Assembly: GCA_964016885.1 (NCBI GenBank)
Contig: OZ024740.1
Location: 372,372,001 to 372,436,000, forward strand
Length of the DNA: 64,000 nucleotides
Origin: Eledone cirrhosa
Taxonomy: Eukaryota
Reading direction: 5' to 3'
Part shown: piece by piece, positions 1 through 11,050 of the stretch
Position numbering within the stretch: the first letter of the stretch is position 1
Layout: every line of letters begins with the position of its first letter
The notes under the pieces: generated by a model
Database searches by the model: none
What the model was told of the DNA's origin: nothing
The model's input: only the letters and a program-made list of their open reading frames with translations
Program-made: the position numbers and the translations under genes

Positions 1-505
1 GGTGACCGGACTTGCCTTCAGTCAGACCTACTGGCTGGCTGTTATCCAATGGGCAGAGATGGATAATATGCTGTTGAATGAGGATAAATTTGAAAAAAGG
101 GTGCTCTGAAACTACCATACTCTCTTCCTTCGGGTGAAACTCTGGTGGCTTCCAATAACATCAGAGACCTGGGAGTAATTGTGGACAACAATGTAAGCTG
201 GGCCACTCATATAAACAGCAAAGTTGATATGGCCCGCAGAATGTCTGCCTGGATTCTCAGAACTTTCCAGTCGAGAGATATCCACACTGTTGTACTTCTC
301 TTCTCCACTTTTGCTCGACCCCACCTTGAATACTGTTGTCCACTGTGGTCACCCCACACGAAACAAAGTATCATGAAAGTTGAAGCACCTCAAAGGTCAA
401 TTACAAAAAAGATATTTGGCATGACAGGCCTTGACTATTGGGGTCGATTAGAAAAGCTCAAACTTTATTCTCTTCAACGTCGCCGTGAGCGCTAGATTAT
501 CTGTA
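1..505 (+). mobile_element. CR1/L2-group LINE fragment (RT C-terminus), truncated by a PLE insertion
   Basis: ORF 145-495 reads DLGVIVDNNVSWATHI...FARPHLEYCCPLWSP...YWGRLEKLKLYSLQRRRER, the typical CR1-group RT C-terminal motifs. Homology switches to PLE sequence at ctgtaaaactag (~501). Confidence 0.85.
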
Positions 506-1028
506 AAACTAGAAATGTAGTATATAGCATAAGATGTACTGAAGGACAATTTGGAAGATAAAAATATAGTGTACAGCTCGTAGTATAGGGGAACGGATAA
601 ATGAACACTGGCGAGACCTTCAAGATAGTAAAGAATCATCTGTACTCTACCAACATGCTAAAATAGAACATAAGGGTAAATTAGAGAACATAGAAATAAA
701 AATAGAATCTACACACAGAAAAGATGCAATGTTTAGACAAATCACAGAAGCAATAAACATAAATGAACTCCAACCAAAATTAAATAGAAAACATGAGTGG
801 AACAGCAACATCACAACTTACAATTAAGGACAAAATGAAAACACACACGCACATAAAACAAAGAACTAACCAGTAACATGTAAATAAACAAATAAATAAA
901 CGAATATAAACACACACAGACACCCGGATGTAACACATGCGCAAACTAAGTACACAACACACACGCAAAAACAAGATGGCGTAGGACAGAACAAAGGAGA
1001 GGCACAAAAACAAAGAAAATTATCCCCA

Positions 1029-1071
1029 GTCACTGAAGAGGTCACATAATGTGTGACGAAAGAACTTTCAC
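1029..1071 (+). ncRNA. minimal type-I hammerhead ribozyme, family A pLTR copy 1 (stem I mismatch)
   Basis: gtca CTGAAGA g gtcaca taatg tgtgac GAAA gaac TT tcac. Confidence 0.7.
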
Positions 1072-2281
1072 AATATATAAACAATCATCTGGTTGTGGAA
1101 CCAACCAACCAACCAGAAATTTATAAATTCCTAAATTTATAAATGTATTATAATAAATTGAAGTGAAAGCAACTGGTGCGTGTGTTTCTTATTGGCAATA
1201 TGACCCTCCCAAACTATAACAATATCGGTTTCAACACACGTTTTCAGATAAAAAATCTTGCTACGCAAATTCAGAAACGAAATATCGTAAGCCTTAGCCA
1301 GGCTAACAAGATACTGAAAACCACCATGTTCTGTAGTCTACGAAAAACAATAACCTCTCAACAACTACACTTCATAAAAGAATGTGCCTCGTCCCGAGTT
1401 TACACCAACACCATCAACACCGATGATAGAAGATTACAGTTCACCAAAAAGGAAGCAGATAGGCTAAAACGATAACTAATTATAAACATAAAAAAGAAGA
1501 TTTATAGAGAATTAACTCATCAAGAAAAACACAAGCGTAACCTAATAAAAGAAATAACTAAGATCACCACACCAAGAGAAACATTAAAAGTACATCGTTC
1601 AAGAATGTGACAAGCACTTTAACAAAAAACTAAAGTGGCTCAAACAGATAAAACTAAATCAAGATACTTTAGAGAATATCAATAGATATCCCGACAAAAT
1701 TGACGGTATAAATATGGCTGACATCTCATTAACAGATGAATTCAACAACAAGAACACAAATATATACGGCAAAACTACGGTAGACTCTGATGAATTATCA
1801 GTATTACAACTGCCACCTAAGTATGCCACATTTAATAAGGTAAATATGATTAAATGCTTGTCAGAAATAGAAAAATCATTTACAAAATTACGTTGGAGCC
1901 TCAAAAACAAAAACAAAAGTAACAACATACGCACACACACACACATATACAACACACATCCCAACAACAACAGACACACAGACACAAACAACAATAACAA
2001 CAACACACACATCAACAATAATAACGTACTCAGAAACAACAACAACAGCCACGCAGACACAAACAACAATAACAACACACACAACAATATTAACATTCAC
2101 GGAGACAACAACAACAACACACATCAACAACAGCACACATCAACAACAACAACAACAACAACACACATTCAATGCCTCTCACCACCACCACAATCTTAAC
2201 AAACACACAGACATAGAAAACAAGTAATGACAGTAGCACAGAAATAAGGAAAGGTAATAGGATTGAAAGGAGAGGGAGAGT

Positions 2282-4820
2282 ATGGACAGAGAAAATAATC
2301 AGGACGAACACACAGATACACAAAATAGAGTAGATAATAACAATGAGCCAGAGGAAAGAAACAGCAGTAATAATGATAGACATAGAAACAACCACGAGGC
2401 TGTTGGTGGAAATAGAAATAGAAACAACACAACTAACAATAACAATAGCATTAGTGCACATAAAGCTGCAGCCTGGAACTCTACTTTTTATAATCCTTCC
2501 GATAAGTCATTCGACCTGCGACGAGAACACGCCACGACTTTAGCTTTTAACAAACGCACGCAATTGCCATGGCAGGTCGATGAACAAACAGAAGCACGAT
2601 TTAGTATAGCTAGATCTAAACTTAGAAATATTATAGAACAGTATAGCAAGAAGCATAATAGAATGGAGGCCCAGCAACTGGGAGAAAAATCTGCAAATGG
2701 CTTGCGTAAGCTCATGCAGCGCTCGCGTAATGGAGAGATAGCATGCTTTCCAACAGACAAGTCTGGCAGAATGTCGGTTGACAGTCTGCCAAACTACATC
2801 CAGGCAATGCAACCCCACATCCCTAACACAAGAGAAGTAACACCACAAGAGCATGAGGATAGGGAAAACGCCCTCAATGCCCATATGATGATGTGGACAA
2901 ATATAATGCAGCCCAACAAAATGACTGCCAACAACTTCCAGGCCTGGAAAAATGACGTGCCAGCGTTGTATGGGCTTCGAAAAGATCATAAAACGAGCAG
3001 TGATCCTGTTACAGGACCACCAACACGGCCAGTCTGTGGTGCTAACATTGCTAGTAACTACAGACTTTCATACTTCGTCTCCCTGATCATACACCCCATC
3101 ATTGAAATGTCCCCAAATGTATGTGACAGCACGGAGGACCTCCTCAGCAGAATCGGCGATAGTAACCGATCTAGGGACCTAACAAACTGCATAATAGGTA
3201 GTATGGATGTTGTGTCCCTGTATCCATCTATTGACGTGGATTTTGCTGTGGAGAAATGCGTAGAAAGGATCAGTGAGAGCAATGTTGAATTCCGTGGGAT
3301 TGATACCAGTGAGCTGGGACTCCTACTTAAACTTACCTATAATAATAATTATCTAGATACATATGGCCTTAGCAACATGTGCCCTACAAGACCAGCAAGA
3401 GGCAGACCACCTACCATTACCTCAATGGTCAAGAAAACCCACACAGATAGATGGAACGGGTGGACCAGAGCCACACGGACCCCCGAAAACCACGATGAAC
3501 TAAAGAAAATGATTGCACATGCGGTGGGGGCCAGCATAAAATTAACCCTTAAGGAACATATGTTCAAATTTAATGGAAAAACATATGTGCAAGAGGAGGG
3601 AGTAGCCATTGGTGTTAGCATTGCAGGCGACATAGCTAACCTATTCATGGTATGGCGGGACAGTAGACTTAAACTTTAACTTAAAGAACAATTAGAAGAC
3701 CCCTTAATCCTGATAATGCACTCCCGCTACGTTGATGATATAAACATCGTAGTTAAAACACCTCCACTAGAGAACAGTTAGGAGTTAGAGAAAAACACAA
3801 TGGAAAGCATCCAGCAAATAGCTAACTCCATCCACGAGAGTATTAGAGTTACTATAAACTACCCAAGCAAACACCCCAACCATCGATTACCTGTACTAGA
3901 CACAGAGCTCTCGTTAGATACCATCAATAACAAAAAACAAATCCGCCATTCCCATTATGCCAAACCCATGACTTCCAAATACCTGATCCACCGAAACTCA
4001 GCTGTTTCGGACCATACCAAAATAAACATACTGATTGCGGATTTGGTACGGGTGATGAGAAACGTCTCCCGAATGTGCAACCCCGAAGAACTAGAGAGAC
4101 ACATACAACACTTCATCCACCGTATGCAGTTCTCTGGCTACAATCAGAGAAATAGAATCAGAGTGTATAAAGGCGCCAGAACCAAATGGGAAAAAATGGT
4201 AAATAATGACATAAATGGGACCTGCCCCTTGTATAGGAGCAAATTTTGGAATAGAATAGAAAGAACTAGGATTAAGGCTAATAGAATAAACTCATGGTAT
4301 GATAGCAATAAATACCAGAGTGTAATGTTCATCGATACAACCCCTAGATGTGAATTAGCTTACAAATTTAGAATGGCCCTAGATAAACATAAACTCAATA
4401 TTAAGATAGTAGAAAGACCAAGTACCTCGGTAAAAACACTTATTAGCGAAACATACCCTTTTCAAAGACACCCCTGTATAAATGAGAAATGTATAACCTG
4501 TAAATTAAGCCCCCATATTAACTGTAAAACTAGAAATGTAGTATATAGCATAAGATGTGCTGAAGGACAATGTAGAGATAAAAATATAGTGTTCAGCTCG
4601 TAGTATAGGCGAACGGATATATGAACACTGGCGAGACCTTCACGATAGTAAAGAATCATCTGTACTCTACCAACATGCTAAAATAGTACATAAGGGTAAA
4701 TTAGAGAACATAGAAATAAAAATAGAATCTACACACAGAAAAGACGCAATGTTCAGACAAATCACAGAGGCATTAAACATAAATGAACTCCAACCAAATT
4801 AAATAGAAAACATGAGTGGA
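2282..4820 (+). pseudogene. PLE family A reverse transcriptase + C-terminal GIY-YIG endonuclease, disrupted
   Basis: Motifs PTDKSG, LYGLRKDHK..TRPV, SMDVVSLYPSI, Q..GVAIG, YVDD (3728-3739), LPVLD, CxxxxCxxC linker and CKTRNVVYSIRC. 2282-4603 is one frame with two stops (TAA 3677, TAG 3779). The endonuclease is frameshifted near 4590. Upstream coding remnants extend to ~1230. Confidence 0.9.
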
Positions 4821-5047
4821 GCAGCAACATCACAACTTACAATTAAGGACAAAATGAAAACACACACGCATATAGAACAAACAAACAACCAGTAACATGT
4901 AAATAAACAAATAAATAAACGAATATAAACACACGCAGACACCCGGATGTAACAAATGCGCAAACTAAGCACACACCACAGACACAAAAACAAGATGGCG
5001 TAGGGCAGAACAAAGGAGAGGCACAAAAACAAAGAAAAGAATCCCCG

Positions 5048-5090
5048 GTCACTTAAGAGGTCACAGAATGTGTGACGAAAGAACTTTGAC
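5048..5090 (+). ncRNA. minimal hammerhead, family A pLTR copy 2 (core mutated to CUUAAGA)
   Basis: gtca CTTAAGA ggtcacagaatgtgtgac GAAA gaac TT tgac; stem I gtca/tgac is intact. Confidence 0.65.
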
Positions 5091-5228
5091 AATATATAAA
5101 CAATCATCTGTTTGTGGAACCAACCAACCAACCAGAAATTTATAAATTTATTATAATAAATTGAAGTGAAAGCAATTGGTGCGTGTGTTTCTTATTGGAA
5201 ACATGACCCTCCCAAAGTATAACAATAT

Positions 5229-5918
<690 letters not shown>

Positions 5919-6450
5919 TCAAATGAATATATCATAAGGATAAACACTAATACAAGTATATAAGTGTTTGTATTGCAAATGACCAAGTTAGCTTAAATGA
6001 CGGGTTGCTATTTCTAGCGGCACGAGTATAGGACGGGGTAGACGCTGAGTCACATATGCGTTCAACAACACATTTCTCTCAGTCTTCCTAAGTATTATGA
6101 AGTGAAACTTACCAATTTCTGGATACCTGCAAATGAGCACAGGAATAGGAAATTTCACTTAATTGTTGCGAAACAAATTTAAAATTTGAAATTTAAATTT
6201 GTCCAGGTATCACGGCTATTGCCAATATAAGTTTGTTTTTATTGATTTATTATTTTAAATCGAGACAGGCAAACTGTATTATTTTAATTAGTATTTTTCA
6301 ATCTAGCTAACTTGGTCATTTGCAATACAAACACTTATATACTTGTATTAGTGTTTATCCCTATCATATATTCATTTGTATTACACGGCTCAGAAATATC
6401 TCTTTCTTTGAGCTATTTAATTGTAAAAGACTATTTGAGTTTATAACTCT
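5919..6450 (+). mobile_element. fold-back non-coding unit (inverted pLTR-like arms + tail) with decayed HHR
   Basis: Inverted arms ~5921-5992 / 6305-6378, HHR-like fold 6122-6211, (TA)n on both sides. The tail acggctc.gaaa.atctct...gactatttgagttt recurs at 57668-57735. Confidence 0.65.
6122..6211 (+). ncRNA. decayed full type-I hammerhead
   Basis: Stem I gatacctg/caggtatc (8 bp), core CAAATGA (vs CTGATGA), stem II gca..tgc, GAAA, stem III caaatttaaa/tttaaatttg, GTC site. Confidence 0.65.
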
Positions 6451-6525
6451 ATATATAATATATATATAATATATATATACATATATATGTACACATGTAT
6501 GTATGTGTGTGTGTATATATATGTG

Positions 6526-6605
<80 letters not shown>

Positions 6606-6620
6606 GTGTGTGTGTATATG

Positions 6621-6666
<46 letters not shown>

Positions 6667-6859
6667 AGTATATGTATTTATGTATTTATGTATATGTGTA
6701 TATATGTGTGTATATATATATATTTTTTTTTTGTGTATATGTATTTATGTATGTATGTATATGTGTATATATGTGTATATGTGTAGATGTGTTTGTATAT
6801 GTTTGTATATGTGTATATTTATTTATATATATATATGTATATATATACATATATATATA

Positions 6860-7292
<433 letters not shown>

Positions 7293-7303
7293 ATGTGTCT
7301 GTT

Positions 7304-7650
7304 GACACCTGTAATATAGCTTAAGAGAAACAAAACAGTAATGATAGGCACCCAATATTTGAACTGGTTTATAGAATTCTCTTGGCCTTTGTCACTCTAA
7401 GTAGAGCTTTAAAGAATTAGCTTTTAAAACATTTCCGTTTTCTTTAAATCCCTCAACCATGAGCGACCTCCAACCATATTATAGACACCTGAAATATAAG
7501 CATTGTTAGCTTGAGAGAAACTTGAAAATAAGGAGGGGCACCAGAATCTGAACTTGTTTATAGAATTCTTTCTGCCTTTGTCACACTAAATATAACTTAT
7601 AGCCTTTGAAATCCCTTTTCTTTCAAACAATGACCTCCACCCATCCCACT
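7304..7650. repeat. diverged ~180-bp tandem duplication
   Basis: gacacctg.aatata...gagaaac...ggcacc...gaact.gtttatagaattct...gcctttgtcac occurs at ~7304 and ~7483. Confidence 0.6.
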
Positions 7651-7787
7651 CCCCGCCCTCTCCTACCACCTGAAAAGATATAAATACCACAACATTTATT
7701 TTGGACAGCCAGATTCCTGATGATTTATAAAGAATGAAACAGTTCTAGTCCTGTAGTATCTCATATATATATATATATATATATATT

Positions 7788-7977
7788 GGAACGAGTAGGA
7801 CCCCGACGGCTGAGTTCAAGCCGTTTCGACGGCTACTTCCAGAATTAGCCGTCGAAACGGCTTTAGCTCAGCCGTCGGGGTCCTACTCGTTCCTATTACC
7901 CACTCTACTATACTACACTAAGTATTGAGTACTTTGGTGCGTTATGGTCCACCTGGTTCCTTACCACATTTCCTTCG

Positions 7978-7979
<2 letters not shown>
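7788..7979 (+). mobile_element. short fold-back unit family E (palindrome + ~85-bp tail) in (TA)n
   Basis: ggaacgagtaggaccccgacggctgag...ctcagccgtcggggtcctactcgttcc. Near-identical copy at 15642-15834, related sequence at 24860-24978 and 44221-44343. Confidence 0.7.
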
Positions 7980-8060
<81 letters not shown>

Positions 8061-8065
8061 TATAG

Positions 8066-8185
8066 TTATACTTGGGGAGGGTCATTTTTGTGTAGTATTG
8101 CCAGAATAAATAACAGAACACACCTACTGTTTGGTTGGTTTTCGCTTTTCGCTTCTGTGTCTTTTATATCGGTAATCTAATTTAT
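8066..8185 (-). mobile_element. PLE family C 3' terminus fragment
   Basis: Reverse complement of ~10250-10368 (gaccctccccaagtataac end motif, shared with family A ends). Confidence 0.7.
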
Positions 8186-8218
8186 TCGACACACTATTTC
8201 ATATAAAAAACCTCGCAA

Positions 8219-8297
<79 letters not shown>

Positions 8298-8529
8298 TGC
8301 ATATATATGCATATACATATATATATATGTAAATATATACATATATATACATACACACATATATATATATATATGTATATATATACATATATATATATAT
8401 ATATGCATATATATATATATGCATATATATATATATATATGTATATATGTATATATATATATATATATACATATATTAAATAAAGTAAAATAAATAATTC
8501 AAACGTTTAAAATTTAGCTTCGTTTATTC

Positions 8530-8582
8530 CTGCTATACATATTTCGGTGACAGCCATCTTTGGCTGTGACCTCTTCAGGCAG
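8530..8582 (-). ncRNA. minimal type-I hammerhead (left arm)
   Basis: Reverse complement: ctgc CTGAAGA ggtcacagcca aaga tggctgtcacc GAAA tatgta TA gcag. Confidence 0.8.
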
Positions 8583-8834
8583 TCCGAATTAGTGTGCTAT
8601 AGACAAGTACATATGTTGTTGAGGTGTATAATTTTGTCAATACGCTGATATGCCCAGTTCCTGGTTGGGTTGTTATTTCACTGAGGAACTGGAATCATAT
8701 CTGGAATCATATCTGGATATGATTCCAGTTCCTCAGTGAAATAACAACCCAACCAGGAACTGGGCATATCAGAGTATTGACAAAATTATACACCTCAACA
8801 ACCTATGTACTTGTCTATACCACACTAATTCGGA

Positions 8835-8887
8835 CTGCCTGAAGAGGTCACAGCCAAAGATGGCTGTCACCGAAATATATATAGCAG
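8835..8887 (+). ncRNA. minimal type-I hammerhead (right arm)
   Basis: ctgc CTGAAGA ggtcacagcca aaga tggctgtcacc GAAA tatata TA gcag. Confidence 0.82.
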
Positions 8888-9037
8888 GAATAAACGAAAC
8901 TAAATTTTAAACATTTGACTTATTTATTTTACTTTATTTTACATTACTCCGGAGTAACGAAACCAACCTGCGCACTTCGTCGAGTGCTCCAGTCTGCATA
9001 CTGAGGTGTTGTATACAACCAACATATACTCAAAATC

Positions 9038-9083
<46 letters not shown>

Positions 9084-9138
9084 TGCATTTATTTTTATAT
9101 ATATATATATATATATACATATATGCATTCATATATAT

Positions 9139-10368
9139 ATACCAAAGAGGCAGAGTATACGAAGGAGCCATGGAAAAGTATAAGACCCTCATAGAACTGG
9201 ACATGAAAGGAATTTGCCCATTATACAGGAGCAAATCATGGAATAGCTTAGATAGGGCTAGACATAAGATAGGGAAAGCCACCTCATGGTACGACAACCA
9301 GAGATACCAGAGTGTCATGTTTGTGGACGCCACCCCTGGAGGGAAATTAGCTAACCAGTGTAGAAAGGCCCTGAGAAAGACCCACTTAAAATAAAAGTGG
9401 TAGAAAAGCCAGGAACCACCATTAAATCCCTGATCAGCAAAACCTACCCTTTTAAGAAAACCCACTGTACCAATAGGAAATGTATCATATGTAAGGAGAA
9501 CCCCCGGATAAACTGTAAAACTAGAAACGTAGTCTATAGCATAAGATGTACAGAGGTAACTTGCAGAAACATGACAACAACATACATAGGTGAGACAGCT
9601 CGTAGCATAGGTGAAAGGATAGACCAACACTGGGGGGAACTAAAAGGACGAAAACACGGGTCAGTACTATACGAACATGCTAGACAACAACATGACGGTA
9701 ACATAGACAACATAGAAATTAGAATAATATCTAATCATAGAAATGACCCAGCAGATAGGCAAATCAGAGAGGCCAGTGAAATAGAAATTAGAAGACCAAA
9801 GCTAAACAGAAAGAATGAATGGAATAACAACAACACCCAAACAAACAACACTGACCTAAGAGAAGTATAAATAAGTAAATAAAATAAAATAAGATAAATA
9901 AATAAATAAATAAATACATACACAAGCACAATAACAACAAGCACATGAACACACACTAGTCACCCATCACACAACAAACATAACACTATACAAACACGCA
10001 AACGCATGCGCAAAGAAAACAAAATAAAATAAACAAACAAGCAAATAAATAAATAAATAAATATATAGACAGACTGAATAAAAATGGCGTAGACATACAA
10101 CACAACAGGAGGAAAATATAACACCACTGACGATGTTGCAGATGTGCAACGAAAGATTTATGATAAACTATATATATGTGTTTGTGTCTATATTGTATCT
10201 GTATTATTTTTTGACCGTCGGTCAGTCAATGGCAATATTGAGGACCGAGTAAGTTAGATTACCGATATAAAAGACAGCGAGAAGCGAAAACCAACCAAAC
10301 AGTGAGTGTGTTCTGTTATTTATTCTGGCAATATTACAAAAATATGACCCTCCCCAAGTATAACAATA
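9139..10368 (+). mobile_element. PLE family C, 5'-truncated (linker + GIY-YIG + 3' UTR with HHR)
   Basis: ORF 9397-9870 reads CTNRKCIIC..NCKTRNVVYSIRC..YIGETARSIGERIDQH..RQIREA..LNRKNEW. Clearly homologous to family A; begins and ends in (TA)n. Confidence 0.9.
10123..10164 (+). ncRNA. minimal hammerhead in family C 3' UTR
   Basis: acca CTGACGA t gttgca gatg tgcaac GAAA gatt TA tgat (weak stem I). Confidence 0.7.
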
Positions 10369-10430
10369 TATATATATATATATTCGTAAGAGAATATGTA
10401 ACGGAAATCAACCCTTTTTATCAATCCATA

Positions 10431-10494
<64 letters not shown>

Positions 10495-10496
<2 letters not shown>

Positions 10497-11000
10497 TAAA
10501 TCTACCAAAATATAGGTAGCGTCCAATCCGTATGAAGAACTCAATGTAATCCAAATATCATGAAAAGAGAAGATGTATTCAAACATTTTTTTTTCGATGA
10601 AAATCACAGGAAAACAGAGTCAAGATAAATTAATAAAAACAATGAATAAAAACAAAGAAACAGTTCCTTATAATAAAAAAATTCATCATTTTACGATCGT
10701 TTCTATCATATATATATGTGTGTGTTTGTATGTATATCATATAGATCTATGTAAACATTTTACAAACTATCAGAGGGAATATACAGACCTACACATATAT
10801 ATGCTGTCTTCAGAAATTATTTCTGAAGACAGCATATATATGTGTAGGTATGTATATTCCCTCTGATAGTTTGTAAAATTGTTACATAGATCTATATGAT
10901 ATACATACCAACACACACATATATATCCTAGAAACGGTGGTACAATGATGAATTTTTTTAATATAAGGAACTGTTTCTTTGTTTTTATTCATTGTTTTTA

Positions 11001-11005
<5 letters not shown>
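10495..11005. mobile_element. fold-back unit family D with long-stem-II HHR on both arms
   Basis: Inverted arms ~10630-10816 / 10820-11004 centred on tcttcagaaattatttctgaaga. Homologous to 26340-26550; terminus motif also at 27536-27580. Confidence 0.7.
10688..10817 (-). ncRNA. hammerhead with ~100-nt stem II (family D, left arm)
   Basis: Reverse complement: attt CTGAAGA [long stem II] GAAA cgatcg TA aaat. The + strand mirror at 10817-10948 has stem III mutated to cggtgg. Confidence 0.65.

Positions 11006-11050
<45 letters not shown>

Larger units (their letters stand above)
8478..9036 (+). mobile_element. palindromic HHR element copy 1 (~225-bp arms + ~95-bp tail)
   Basis: Arms ~8478-8704 / 8715-8939 are near-perfect inverted repeats, each with an HHR. 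Homologous copy in opposite orientation at 44773-45313. Confidence 0.8.

Noticed and set aside
3677-3781. In-frame stops in the PLE RT as possible selenocysteine recoding, as reported for some Naiad PLEs
   Set aside because: The stops are TAA and TAG, not TGA; ordinary nonsense mutations
8478-8939. Palindromes as sequencing or assembly fold-back artefacts
   Set aside because: Arms carry substitutions relative to each other and the same structures recur at separate loci with divergence; not fully excluded for single-copy cases
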